A stretch of DNA of 64,000 nucleotides. Origin: an uncultured Verrucomicrobiae bacterium (GTDB lineage: Bacteria > Verrucomicrobiota > Verrucomicrobiia > Chthoniobacterales > Chthoniobacteraceae). The DNA is taken from the NCBI GenBank assembly GCA_963836755.1, contig CAWIKF010000001.1, positions 320,001 through 384,000 on the forward strand. Direction: 5' to 3'. Both the position numbers and the translations under genes were made by a program. Below are positions 1 through 9,554 of the stretch, one piece after another. Below the pieces are notes generated by a model. The model searched no databases and was not told the origin of the DNA. It saw only the letters and a program-made list of their open reading frames with translations. How positions within the stretch are numbered: the stretch's first letter is position 1; each line of letters opens with the position of its first letter.

Positions 1-54
1 CAGCTCCGCGAGTTGATCGAAACGTGGGTCGCGCATGAAAATAAAGGATTGTGA
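1..54 (+). CDS. 3' end of an unidentified upstream CDS (partial)
   Basis: Frame 1 reads QLRELIETWVAHENKGL to TGA at 52-54; too short to identify. Confidence 0.3.
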   Translation, partial: QLRELIETWVAHENKGL

Positions 55-133
55 CGGAAGCGGAGGCCTTTAACTTTTACTGCATGAACCTCGAAATCCC
101 AGCGCAAAAACAGACGCGATTGCTCGCAAAGAA

Positions 134-613
134 ATGAGCGCCGAAGTTTTGCTCTCCGCTTCGCAGCTTGCCGCGGAGCGCGCGCGGCTCAATGCGAACG
201 GCGCGAAATTGGTTTTCACCAACGGCTGTTTCGACCTACTCCACGTCGGCCACGTCCGCTATTTGCAGGCTGCGCGCGCGCTCGGCGATGCGCTCGCGGT
301 CGCGGTGAATGGCGACGCCTCGGTGCGCGGGTTGAAAGGCGAAGGGCGTCCGATCAATGGCGAAGCGGATCGCGCGGAAGTCATCGCCGCGCTCGAGTGC
401 GTCGATTTCGTCACGATTTTTCCCGAGCAGCGCGTGACGAATTTGGTGCGCGAAGTGCGCCCGCATATTTACGCGAAAGGCGGCGACTACACCATCGACA
501 GCCTCGACTCCGAGGAGCGCACTGCGCTGGAAAACGCGGGCGCTGAAATCAAAATTTTGCCGCTCGTGCCTGGAAAATCGACGACGAGCATCATCGCGAA
601 ATGGAAAAGCTGA
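134..613 (+). CDS. rfaE2: D-glycero-beta-D-manno-heptose 1-phosphate adenylyltransferase (RfaE domain II / HldC type)
   Basis: FTNGCFDLLHVGH (HxGH cytidylyltransferase motif), KGGDY, GKSTT. Confidence 0.9.
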   Translation: MSAEVLLSASQLAAERARLNANGAKLVFTNGCFDLLHVGHVRYLQAARALGDALAVAVNGDASVRGLKGEGRPINGEADRAEVIAALECVDFVTIFPEQRVTNLVREVRPHIYAKGGDYTIDSLDSEERTALENAGAEIKILPLVPGKSTTSIIAKWKS

Positions 614-1188
614 AGCTTGGCGTGCTCGGTTCGGGCAAAGGTTCCAACTTTCGCGCCATCCTGGATGCCATCGCGGCGGGCTCGCTGCAGGCCGAGGTGC
701 GCATCGCGATTTCAGATGTCGAAAGCGCCGGCATCCTTGATTTGGCGCGGATGCGCGGGCTGCGCGCGGAATTTGTCGCGCCGGGAAATTACCGCACGAA
801 GATGGAAACGGACGCGGAAAAAAAAGTCGTTGAACTGCTGCAATCCGAAAAAGTCGAGCTCGTCGTCCTCGCCGGTTTCATGCGGATGATCAAGGCGCCG
901 CTGCTCGAGGCTTTTCCGCGCCGCATCCTGAATATCCATCCGTCGCTGCTGCCGAAATTCCCCGGACTGGAAGCGTGGAAACAGGCACTCGCGGCCGGCG
1001 CGATGACCACGGGCTGCACGGTGCATTACGTGGACGGCGGGATGGACAGCGGCGAAATTCTCGCGCAACACGAGGTCGCGATCGAGCCGGACGACACGCC
1101 GGAAAGTTTGCACGCGCGCATCCAGCACGCCGAGCACGCGCTTTATCCCGAGGTGATTCGCGGCTTCGTGCGCGGGCGAGCAGATTGA
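601..1188 (+). CDS. purN: Phosphoribosylglycinamide formyltransferase
   Basis: SGKGSN, LAGFMR, NIHPSLLP, GCTVHYV, DSG motifs. Confidence 0.95.
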   Translation: MEKLKLGVLGSGKGSNFRAILDAIAAGSLQAEVRIAISDVESAGILDLARMRGLRAEFVAPGNYRTKMETDAEKKVVELLQSEKVELVVLAGFMRMIKAPLLEAFPRRILNIHPSLLPKFPGLEAWKQALAAGAMTTGCTVHYVDGGMDSGEILAQHEVAIEPDDTPESLHARIQHAEHALYPEVIRGFVRGRAD

Positions 1189-1220
1189 ATCCGGCGCGCG
1201 ATTACTTCAAAATATTCTCG

Positions 1221-1673
1221 ATGTCCACCGAACCAGTCACCCTGATTCTCGCCGAAGACGATGATGGCCACGCGCATCTCGTGGAGCGGAATTTGCACCG
1301 CGCCGGTTTGTTGAACAACTTTCTCCGCGTGCGCGATGGGCAGGAGTTGATCGATTTCATGCACGGCCGCGGCGAATTTGGCGACCGCGTTCTCAGCGAA
1401 TCGCTCGTCGTTTTACTCGATATCAACATGCCGCGTGTCGATGGGATCGAGGCGTTGCAGCAAATCAAGGGCGACCCGGCGCTCAGCGCGACTCCGGTGA
1501 TCATGCTGACCACCACGGACGATCCGCGCGAGATTGACAACTGCTACAAGGCCGGCTGCAACGTCTACATCACAAAGCCGGTCGAATACGAGGCGTTCAT
1601 CGACGCGATCAAGCGACTCGGGATGTTTTTGCAGATTGTGAAAAAGCCGCGCAGCGGCCGCGGTCGCGCCTAG
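1221..1673 (+). CDS. Single-domain response regulator (Rcp1-like REC)
   Basis: ATG at 1221; AEDD, LLDINMP, MLTT, YITKP receiver motifs. Confidence 0.9.
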   Translation: MSTEPVTLILAEDDDGHAHLVERNLHRAGLLNNFLRVRDGQELIDFMHGRGEFGDRVLSESLVVLLDINMPRVDGIEALQQIKGDPALSATPVIMLTTTDDPREIDNCYKAGCNVYITKPVEYEAFIDAIKRLGMFLQIVKKPRSGRGRA

Positions 1674-1678
1674 GCCGA

Positions 1679-4045
1679 ATGAGCGATGTATTTCGCGGGC
1701 GCGTGCTCGTGCTTGAGGATGACGGGGGAGTAAATTATCTCCAGTGCCAGGCGCTCAAGCGCTCCGGTTTCACGGCAGTGCCGTCGATGAGCGCAACCGA
1801 TGCGCTGGAAAAAATCCGCGAGGGCGGCATCGATATTTTGCTCACCGATTACGTCTTGCCGGGCGAGCTGAACGGCGTCGATTTTTACAAACAAGTCGTC
1901 GCCGCCGGTTTCGATCTGCCGGCGATTTTGGTGACCGGATTTAGCGACGAACAAAAAGTGATCGAAGCGCTCCGCGCGGGCGTGCGCGAGTTCATCCCGA
2001 AGACGCTCGACTACATCGAGTTTCTGCCCGCGGCGGTCGAGCGCGTGATGAAACAAGTGCGCGCCGAGCGGCAGCTGGCCGAATCCGAGCGGCTGCGCGA
2101 AAGCGAGGAGCGTTTCCGGACATCGGTCGAAAGTTTGCTCGACGCCTTTGCAACTTTTACCGCATCGCGCGACAGCTCGGGCGAGATCGTTGATCTCCGG
2201 ATCGAATTCGCCAATCACGCCGCTTGCGCGTCGCTGGGTCGTTGCGCCGAAGAGCTGAACGGGCGGGGACTTTTACAACTGTTACCGTCGAGCAGAACAA
2301 ACGGTTTGTTTGCGCATTATGTGCAGGTTGTTGTCACAGGAGAGCCGTTTGTCGCGGACGGATGTCAAGTGACGGACGATTGGGGCGATGGTCGCCGGAC
2401 GCGCAGTTTCGACATTCGCGTTTCAAAACTGGGAGATGGCATCGCAGCCGCGTGGCGCGACGTGACAGACCGGATGCTTGCGGAGGAGGCCTTGCGCGAA
2501 AGTCAGGAACGGCTGCGCCTCGCGGTCGATTCCGCCGCATTGGGCGCGTGGGAACTCGCGCCGCAAACCGGCGCACTTTTCTTTTCGGAACGCTGCCGAA
2601 AAATGTTTGGATTCGGCCCGGATGAGCAGGTCACATATCAAATTTTTCTCGGTCGCTTGCACCCTGAGGATCGCATTGCGACCGAGGCTGCGGTCGACGC
2701 CGCACTCAATCCGACTGGCAACGGACATTATAGCATCGATTACCGGGCCGTTTGGCCTGACGGCACTGTCCGATGGATCGCTGCGGCGGGACGAGCCTTC
2801 TTTGACGGCGAAGGCAGCAACCGCGTTGCGACTCGATTTTTGGGCACAGTTCTCGACGTTTCGCAGCGAAAGCTCGCGGAGCTGGAATTGAACCGCGCGA
2901 AGCAGGCGGCCGAGGCCGCGAACCAGGCGAAGGATCAGTTTCTCGCGGCGCTCTCGCACGAGCTGCGCACGCCTTTGACGCCGGTGCTCGCGATCGCATC
3001 GGACCTTGAGCGGGACGCGGCGCTTCCCCGTGAGCTGCGCGAAAAACTCCGCGTCATCAGCCGCAATGTCGAGCTGGAGGCGCGGCTCATCGATGATTTG
3101 CTCGACCTCACGCGCATCGTGCGCGGCAAGCTCGAGCTGCGCCGCGACGTCGTCGTGCTCGACGAAGTTTTACGCCAGACCTCGCACGACGTCTGTCCGC
3201 CCGCGGACAAAGATGTCGCGCTCGATTTGCAACTCACGCTGCAAGACGCGCGGACGTGGGCGGATGCCTCGCGCTTAACGCAAGTCATTTGCAATTTGCT
3301 CTCCAATGCTTACAAATTTACGGGGGCTTCCGGTCGCGTCACATTGAGCAGCTCCCTCGAACCCGGAGGCGGGCTCGCTTTTGAAGTGAGGGACAATGGA
3401 ATGGGCATCGATCCGGAAATGCTGCCGCGAATTTTCGATGCGTTTGAGCAGGGACCGAGACGCATCACGCGTCAATTCGGCGGGCTCGGACTCGGGCTCG
3501 CGATCAGCAAAGCGATTGTGGACCGGCACGGCGGCACACTCACAGCGGAGAGCGACGGTCTTGGCAAAGGCGCGAAATTCCGCGTCGTGCTGCCGCCATT
3601 AAAGGATTCGCAAAACGTCGGGGCACAGAGCCATTTCGCAGACGACTCTGCAGGAGCAAACAAGATGGTGCCGTGGCACATTCTCGTCGTTGAGGATCAT
3701 GCAGACACGGCGAGCGTGATGGAGAATTTACTCCGCCGCATGAAGCACAAGGTGACGATTGCGAACAGCATCGCCGAAGCGATGGCTATGGAGGAAAAAA
3801 ATCGCGAGTCGGCGCCATTCGATTTGATTTTGTGCGATCTCGGTTTGCCGGATGGCTCCGGCATCGATCTCATGCGGCAGCTCTCGCAGCGGTCATCCGC
3901 GCGCGCGATCGCGCTCAGCGGGTTTGGAATGGACGAAGATGTGCTCAGCAGCCGCGCCGCTGGGTTTTCCGCGCATCTCGTGAAGCCTGTGAGTCTCTCC
4001 ACGCTCGAGGCGACGATGAAAAGCGTGATGCTTTCGGGGCGTTAA
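1679..4045 (+). CDS. Hybrid histidine kinase REC-PAS-PAS-HisKA-HATPase-REC
   Basis: N-terminal REC (LEDD, TDYVLP); PAS/PAC (HPEDR, DGTVRWI); SHELRTPL; NLLSNAYKF; DNGMGI; GGLGLGL; C-terminal REC; no transmembrane segment apparent. Confidence 0.93.
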   Translation: MSDVFRGRVLVLEDDGGVNYLQCQALKRSGFTAVPSMSATDALEKIREGGIDILLTDYVLPGELNGVDFYKQVVAAGFDLPAILVTGFSDEQKVIEALRAGVREFIPKTLDYIEFLPAAVERVMKQVRAERQLAESERLRESEERFRTSVESLLDAFATFTASRDSSGEIVDLRIEFANHAACASLGRCAEELNGRGLLQLLPSSRTNGLFAHYVQVVVTGEPFVADGCQVTDDWGDGRRTRSFDIRVSKLGDGIAAAWRDVTDRMLAEEALRESQERLRLAVDSAALGAWELAPQTGALFFSERCRKMFGFGPDEQVTYQIFLGRLHPEDRIATEAAVDAALNPTGNGHYSIDYRAVWPDGTVRWIAAAGRAFFDGEGSNRVATRFLGTVLDVSQRKLAELELNRAKQAAEAANQAKDQFLAALSHELRTPLTPVLAIASDLERDAALPRELREKLRVISRNVELEARLIDDLLDLTRIVRGKLELRRDVVVLDEVLRQTSHDVCPPADKDVALDLQLTLQDARTWADASRLTQVICNLLSNAYKFTGASGRVTLSSSLEPGGGLAFEVRDNGMGIDPEMLPRIFDAFEQGPRRITRQFGGLGLGLAISKAIVDRHGGTLTAESDGLGKGAKFRVVLPPLKDSQNVGAQSHFADDSAGANKMVPWHILVVEDHADTASVMENLLRRMKHKVTIANSIAEAMAMEEKNRESAPFDLILCDLGLPDGSGIDLMRQLSQRSSARAIALSGFGMDEDVLSSRAAGFSAHLVKPVSLSTLEATMKSVMLSGR

Positions 4046-4112
4046 CGGGTCGCAGGCCGCAGATTGAGGAGCGAATGCAGCCATTCGCCGTCGGTGTTTC
4101 GTTATCCCGTGC

Positions 4113-4820
4113 ATGCCTGAAACAATTTTGATCACCGGCGCGAATCGCGGCATCGGCCTTGCACTTGCGCGCGAACTGCTCGGTGCGGGGCAAAAAGTCA
4201 TCGCCGCCGCGCGGCATCCGGCGGACTCGGAGGAATTGAAAGAACTGGAAATGGTGCACGCGGAAAGAGTGACGCTTGTGCAGCTCGACGTGACATCTGA
4301 TGAGTCGGTGCTTGGTGCCGCGAAGGCGCTGGAGCGCGAGGTGCCGGCGATCGACGTGCTGGTGAATAACGCCGCAATTTTTCCCGAGGAAGGCGACGAG
4401 TCGATTGTCGATTTTGATTTGCAACATTTCCGCGATGCATTTGAAACCAACGTCATTGGCGTCGTGCGAATGACGCGCGCTTTTTTGCCGCTGCTGGAAA
4501 AGTCTGAGAATCCGCGCGTGGTTAATATTTCGTCGGGTGCCGGTTCCATTTCCAAGAAAGACGACCACGGCTACTACGCCTACTCCACGTCGAAGGCGGC
4601 GCTGAACATGGTCACACGCGCGATGGCGGCGGAACTGAAAAAAGTCTGCATCGTCGCGCTTTCGCCGGGATGGGTGAAGACCGATATGGGCGGGCCGAAC
4701 GCGCCGCTCACGCCCGAGGCGTCCGCGCGCGCGATCGCGAGAACCGCACTGAATTTGAAGTGCGAGCAAAGTTCAAAATTTCTCGAGCGAACGGGCTCGG
4801 AGAGCAGTTGGGCCTGGTAG
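4113..4820 (+). CDS. Short-chain dehydrogenase/reductase (CsgA/carbonyl reductase-like)
   Basis: TGANRGIG, NNAA, YSTSK (YxxxK), PGWVKTDMGG. Confidence 0.92.
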   Translation: MPETILITGANRGIGLALARELLGAGQKVIAAARHPADSEELKELEMVHAERVTLVQLDVTSDESVLGAAKALEREVPAIDVLVNNAAIFPEEGDESIVDFDLQHFRDAFETNVIGVVRMTRAFLPLLEKSENPRVVNISSGAGSISKKDDHGYYAYSTSKAALNMVTRAMAAELKKVCIVALSPGWVKTDMGGPNAPLTPEASARAIARTALNLKCEQSSKFLERTGSESSWAW

Positions 4821-4824
4821 CGAA

Positions 4825-5418
4825 TCAGGCGCGAAGCGGCGTCAGCGCTGCATCGAGCGCTTCCATCGGCAGTCCGATCACGTTGGTGCGCGAGCCGTCA
4901 ATTTTGGCGATGAGACCGATCGGGTCTTCCTGTGCGGCATAAGCGCCGGCCTTGTCCAGCGGTTGCACGAGCGTCAGATATTTGCGGATTTCGACGGCGG
5001 AAAGGTTACGGAAATGAACGCGCGAAACTTCGACGAGACCGCGCGCGAAATTCCGCGCGCCGCACTCGATCCAAACGCCTGTAAAAACTTCGTGCGTCCG
5101 TCCATTCAGCCGCGAGAGCATGGCGAATGCGTCATCGAGGTCGCGCGGCTTGCCGAGCGGTTCTCCATCGAGCGCGACCAACGTGTCGGCGCCGATCACG
5201 ATCGCATCTCGCCGCAAACGCGCGACGGCAACAGCTTTTAACCGGGCGTTAAGCAACGTCGTTTCAGCCACCGTCAGATGTGTCGGAGTTTTTTCCGAAA
5301 CGTCCGCGACAAGAACTTTGAAATCATACCCGAGCTGCGCCAGCAGCTCGCGCCGTCGCGGCGAGCCTGATGCGAGCACGAGCGGCGCGGAAAAAATGAT
5401 GCGTGATTTTTTTCCCAC
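4825..5418 (-). CDS. maf: Maf family nucleoside triphosphate pyrophosphatase
   Basis: LASGSPRRRELL, GADT, LGKP, DKAGAY, NVIGLP. Confidence 0.93.
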   Translation of the reverse strand: MGKKSRIIFSAPLVLASGSPRRRELLAQLGYDFKVLVADVSEKTPTHLTVAETTLLNARLKAVAVARLRRDAIVIGADTLVALDGEPLGKPRDLDDAFAMLSRLNGRTHEVFTGVWIECGARNFARGLVEVSRVHFRNLSAVEIRKYLTLVQPLDKAGAYAAQEDPIGLIAKIDGSRTNVIGLPMEALDAALTPLRA

Positions 5419-5431
5419 GCCGCGGTCGCCG

Positions 5432-6109
5432 CTATTGCTGCGGCATGTTGAATGACGGCATTTTCATCTGCGTGTAGCCGGCGGGTATTTGAAATTCCGT
5501 GTCGGCGACCGGCTGTTCGTTCACCGAGACAAGCGTCGTCGTGATTTTTTGGCCGTTCATATCCACTTCGGTTTTGATCGGCATCCCCTTGAAATCGCTC
5601 GGGCTTGGCATCAGACCTTTCGTCATCGCCGCGAGACCGCCTTGCTGGAATTTCGTCATCGCGGCGAGCACGTTCGCCCAATTTGGAAAGTTCGGCGCGA
5701 TCCAATATTCAACTTTCATCCCGCCGAACTGACACGTGTATTCCTCAGTCTCGTAGCCATTGATAGTTTCCTTGCGGCCGGTCGCGACCGGCTTAGGATT
5801 CGGCGCGGGCGAACCCGATGCCGTCTGCTGTTGCATCTGCTTTTGCATTTGCTCCATCAACGCCTTGGTGCTGCTCGCGGGGATGATCATGTAAGATTTT
5901 TGCGCGGGCATGAGGGTCGTCACGTCGCCGGTCGTCGCATCGGTGATCGTGCTGACCTGCGGCGAGACGTCGGCGCGGATTTTGTCGCCCTTGAATTTCA
6001 TCGTCATCTCGCCGGACTGGCCTGCGCCCTCGACTTTTTGCACGATGACCATGTCCGCGCGCGCGGCGAACGTCAGGCCGAGAGAAATGAGGACGGGGAG
6101 AAATTTCAT
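5432..6109 (-). CDS. Secreted DUF4412-like protein
   Basis: Signal peptide MKFLPVLISLGLTFAARA; TGRKETINGYETEEY and FQIPAGY motifs typical of this family. Confidence 0.7.
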   Translation of the reverse strand: MKFLPVLISLGLTFAARADMVIVQKVEGAGQSGEMTMKFKGDKIRADVSPQVSTITDATTGDVTTLMPAQKSYMIIPASSTKALMEQMQKQMQQQTASGSPAPNPKPVATGRKETINGYETEEYTCQFGGMKVEYWIAPNFPNWANVLAAMTKFQQGGLAAMTKGLMPSPSDFKGMPIKTEVDMNGQKITTTLVSVNEQPVADTEFQIPAGYTQMKMPSFNMPQQ

Positions 6110-6162
6110 CCTATTTTCGTAAACCCGCGAGGGGCGTTTGCCAAATCAATCTCGCGCGGCAT

Positions 6163-6735
6163 TCAAGCCCGCTTTTGTAAAATGCGCAGAAGTTCGCGGC
6201 CCTCGCGGCCGGGGAAAGTCCGCCCCGGAACCCATTCGTCGAGCACGTCAAAACTTTTTCCAAACAGCGTGTCGAGCTCCGCGATTGTCACGCCAAACGG
6301 CGGCCCAACATCGCTGCCGGGATCGAGATAAAAGATCGCGAGCAATTTTCCGCCGCCTTTAAGAGCATTGCGGGCGGCCGCCGCGTAGTCGGCGCGCTGC
6401 GACGGATCGATCGCGCAAAAACAAGTGTGCTCGAAGATCCAGTCAAAGTTTTCGCGTGAACCGATCTCGAAAAAATCGGCGAGCTCGTAACGCTCGTGCG
6501 CAACTTTTGGAAAAGTTTCCGCGCCGCGAATCGCACTCGGCGCGATGTCGATGCCGAGCACTTTGTTTTCAGTCCGCGAAATCGCGCGGACATCGAAACC
6601 GTAGCCGCAGCCGGGCACGAGCACCACGCCGTCGAGCGGATGCGCGCGAACAAAATCGACGAGCTCAGGATGCGGCGCGCCTTTGTCCCAAGGCGTTTCG
6701 CCGGTGCGGTAGCGCTCTTCCCAATCAGTTGGCAT
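6163..6735 (-). CDS. Thiopurine/thiol(halide) S-methyltransferase family protein
   Basis: WEERY..GETPWDKG, VLVPGCGYG, EHTCFCAI, GPPF. Confidence 0.85.
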   Translation of the reverse strand: MPTDWEERYRTGETPWDKGAPHPELVDFVRAHPLDGVVLVPGCGYGFDVRAISRTENKVLGIDIAPSAIRGAETFPKVAHERYELADFFEIGSRENFDWIFEHTCFCAIDPSQRADYAAAARNALKGGGKLLAIFYLDPGSDVGPPFGVTIAELDTLFGKSFDVLDEWVPGRTFPGREGRELLRILQKRA

Positions 6736-6753
6736 CTTGTGCGGCGCGCGAAA

Positions 6754-7515
6754 TTATTTCCGCACCCAGACGCTGGCGTGCGCGACATTCCATTGAAATT
6801 TTCGCGCATGCTCGCGGATTAAAAACGGGATGTCGCGCGTTCGCAAAAGTTTGAAGTCGCTCGACAAAAATCGGTTCAGCGTATCGAACGTGTCGTAACG
6901 GACGCCGTCGCGCTCATAGCCGCCGAGCCAGTTCGGCAGAGGCGTGAATTCTTTTGTCCAGGTGCACGGCGTCGTGATGATGAGCTGGCCGCCAGGCCGC
7001 ACGAGTTGCGGAAATTTCAACACGAGCTTGATCGGTTCCTCGAGCCGGCAGAGCAGATTCGCCGCGAGCACGACATCGAAAGTGCCGAGCATCGCTCGCA
7101 ACCGCAGCGCATCGCCGACTTCAAAATGGACGCGCGTGCGATCGATTTCATGCGGCACCTCCGCGACGCAGCGCGAGGTCAGCATGCCTTCGGTGATGCG
7201 ATCAAAGCCGAGCCGGCCGGTTTTTTTCAACTGAGCAGCGGCGCGAATAAAGTGCTGCGAATTATCGATGCCAATGACTTCCGGGGAATGCCGCGCCAGC
7301 TCGAAGCTCGCGCGGCCGACCGCGCAGCCGAGATCCAGCGCGCGCGCATTCGGGGCGAGCAGCGTCGTGTCGAGACCGATGCTTACGCAGCGCTCAGCGA
7401 AACCGACAGCTTCGCGCGGACCGAAATCATACGGCAGCAAATCCTCAGCAGTGCCGTAGTGAAAAAGCAGATATTCATTGAGCGTGCGTTCGGTCTCGTA
7501 AACGTTTTCCGCCAT
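6754..7515 (-). CDS. Class I SAM methyltransferase resembling the OvoA C-terminal domain (putative 4-mercaptohistidine N1-methyltransferase)
   Basis: YET..L.EYLLFHYG, ALDLGCAVGRASFELAR, ANLLCRL, PCTW..EFTP...WLGG, PFLIREHARKFQ. Confidence 0.78.
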   Translation of the reverse strand: MAENVYETERTLNEYLLFHYGTAEDLLPYDFGPREAVGFAERCVSIGLDTTLLAPNARALDLGCAVGRASFELARHSPEVIGIDNSQHFIRAAAQLKKTGRLGFDRITEGMLTSRCVAEVPHEIDRTRVHFEVGDALRLRAMLGTFDVVLAANLLCRLEEPIKLVLKFPQLVRPGGQLIITTPCTWTKEFTPLPNWLGGYERDGVRYDTFDTLNRFLSSDFKLLRTRDIPFLIREHARKFQWNVAHASVWVRK

Positions 7516-7520
7516 TCGCG

Positions 7521-8681
7521 TTACGCGTCGAGGAGCGACCGCATGTATTTCGGCACGTAATTTTCGAGCAAAATTTCAGTTGCGCCGTCGCGATGCATTC
7601 GCGCCTGCGTCACGTTGATCTCCGGCGTTTTCGTGGGCGAAAAAAGGATGTCGTCATGCGTCGCATTTTTCGCGTTGGTGAATTTGTCCGGCGTCAAATG
7701 TCCGCCGAGATGATCGCTGCGGCCGGTCGCGACATGGATCGTGCCGAGGATTTTTTCGTCCTGAATGTCGCGCCCCGATGGCGGCAACTCCTGCGTGCCA
7801 AAACCGAGCTCGCCGAGAGCGCCCGTGACCGGATCGCTCGCGAGTTTCGCGTTGTGCGCAGCGACCGTCGCCGCGTCACCACGGATGAGCGTCGCGTGTT
7901 TTACACGTCCGCCGCCCACGCTCATGAGGCCAATCGTGCCGTCCTCATATTTCATCGGGAATTCGCCTTCCGCGCCCGTCGGAACGAAGTAAATTTCGCC
8001 TGCGGGCAAATTCGCGACGTCGGGACCGCCGAGGCAAAGGCCGTGACTTTTTTGCGCTTCCTGCCGACCGAGTTCGAGGCGCAGCGTGTGCGTTTTGCCG
8101 TCGAGATTGAAATCAATTTCGATCCAATCCGCGCGCGTCATGCCGATGCGCAGCTTTTCCGCCTGCCGACTGACGTCGTTATAATCGACCGCGAGTCCGG
8201 AATCGAGAATGACCTGGTTGACGCCGTGCAAAGTGGCGCCGCGGAAGCCAAACTCCTTCGCAAATTTCGTCAGCGGCGCCGTCGCCGAATACGTGGAGAT
8301 ACATAAAATGAGATCATAGTTCGGATAAATGTCGCGGCTGAGACTCAGCGCGCGGCCGTCCGGCGCGAACGCTTCATCGGGCAGATCGAGATTGCTGCCG
8401 CCGGTGATTTTGTAGGCGAACAATTCGCCGCCTTTGAGCTGAAGTTCCGCGAGCACGCCGTTACGCAGCGCCTGGTAAAAATAGTCGTGCGCGTTGCTCT
8501 GGATCGAGAGATCGGGATTTTTCAGAAACCCGAAATCCTTCACGTCGCGCGGATCTTCGAGGTCAATGAGGATACAAACCCGTTCGCCGGCTTTTGGATT
8601 GAAGGTCGTGCGCAGCAGGCGCGCCAGGCTGAATGGCGGGAATTTAAATTGTTTCGGAGGCGGGTTCGTTGTTGTTTGCAT
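7521..8681 (-). CDS. M29 (aminopeptidase T/PepS-like) metallopeptidase-fold protein
   Basis: Probable ATG at 8681; NLPAGE, GELGFG, DEKILGTIH, HDD match the M29 metal-ligand pattern. Confidence 0.7.
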   Translation of the reverse strand: MQTTTNPPPKQFKFPPFSLARLLRTTFNPKAGERVCILIDLEDPRDVKDFGFLKNPDLSIQSNAHDYFYQALRNGVLAELQLKGGELFAYKITGGSNLDLPDEAFAPDGRALSLSRDIYPNYDLILCISTYSATAPLTKFAKEFGFRGATLHGVNQVILDSGLAVDYNDVSRQAEKLRIGMTRADWIEIDFNLDGKTHTLRLELGRQEAQKSHGLCLGGPDVANLPAGEIYFVPTGAEGEFPMKYEDGTIGLMSVGGGRVKHATLIRGDAATVAAHNAKLASDPVTGALGELGFGTQELPPSGRDIQDEKILGTIHVATGRSDHLGGHLTPDKFTNAKNATHDDILFSPTKTPEINVTQARMHRDGATEILLENYVPKYMRSLLDA

Positions 8682-8717
8682 TTCGGTGAAAGTTATACGC
8701 GAAGAAATGGTTTCCGG

Positions 8718-9554
8718 ATGATCTGGCGCACCTGCCGCGGCGATTTTGATCTGAGTCAGCGCGCGCTCGTGATGGGAATTTTGAACGTCACGGTAGATTC
8801 TTTCTTTGATGGCGGCAAGTTCCTCTCGGCCGATGCGGCAGCGGCACACGGAGAACTCCTCGCCGCACAAGGCGCGGACATCATCGACATCGGCGGCGAA
8901 TCGACGCGGCCCGGCGCTGAGCCCGTTTCGGCCGATGACGAAATGCGGCGTGTGCTGCCGGTGATCGAGCAGATCGCGCGGCGCACGACGTGCGTCATTT
9001 CCATCGACACGTCAAAGCCGGAAGTCGCTCGCGCAGCCGTTGCGGCGGGCGCGGCGATCATTAACGATGTGACCGGATTGCGCGATCCGGCGATGCGCGA
9101 AGTGGTGCGCGCGACCGGCGCCGGCGCGATCGCGATGCACATGCAGGGGACGCCGCGCGACATGCAGCGCGCGCCGCATTACGAAGATGTAACGACGGAA
9201 ATACGGGAATTTTTTCGACACGCTTTCCAGTCCGCTGTAACCTCGGGCATTGACCCGATGAACCTCGCTTTCGATCCCGGGATTGGCTTTGGCAAAACGC
9301 TTGCGCACAACCTCACGTTGCTCAAAAACCTTGACGCCGTGCGGATTCCCGACCGACCGCTGGTGCTCGGCGTTTCGCAAAAATCTTTCCTCGGAAAAAT
9401 CGTCGGCTCATCAGAAATGGATGCGCGGCGCTGGCCGACGGTCGCGATCACGAGCTTCGCGCGCGAGCGCGGCGCGAATGTTTTGCGCGTGCACGACGTG
9501 AAGCCGAATGCCGAGGCGCTGCGCATGACGGAAGCAATTTTGGCCGTTCCATGA
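8718..9554 (+). CDS. folP: Dihydropteroate synthase
   Basis: ATG at 8718; MGILNVT.DSF.DGG, DIGGESTRPG, SIDT, MHMQG, DPGIGFGK, RVHDV. Confidence 0.95.
   Translation: MIWRTCRGDFDLSQRALVMGILNVTVDSFFDGGKFLSADAAAAHGELLAAQGADIIDIGGESTRPGAEPVSADDEMRRVLPVIEQIARRTTCVISIDTSKPEVARAAVAAGAAIINDVTGLRDPAMREVVRATGAGAIAMHMQGTPRDMQRAPHYEDVTTEIREFFRHAFQSAVTSGIDPMNLAFDPGIGFGKTLAHNLTLLKNLDAVRIPDRPLVLGVSQKSFLGKIVGSSEMDARRWPTVAITSFARERGANVLRVHDVKPNAEALRMTEAILAVP

Noticed and set aside
84..137. 17-codon ORF (MNLEIPAQKQTRLLAKK) overlapping the rfaE2 start via ATGA
   Set aside because: Too short, with no motif or regulatory codon run; cannot be told apart from chance
975..1220. Long N-terminal extension of the response regulator ORF in the ORF track
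   Set aside because: Overlaps purN out of frame and is Arg-rich shadow sequence; the REC domain starts at ATG 1221
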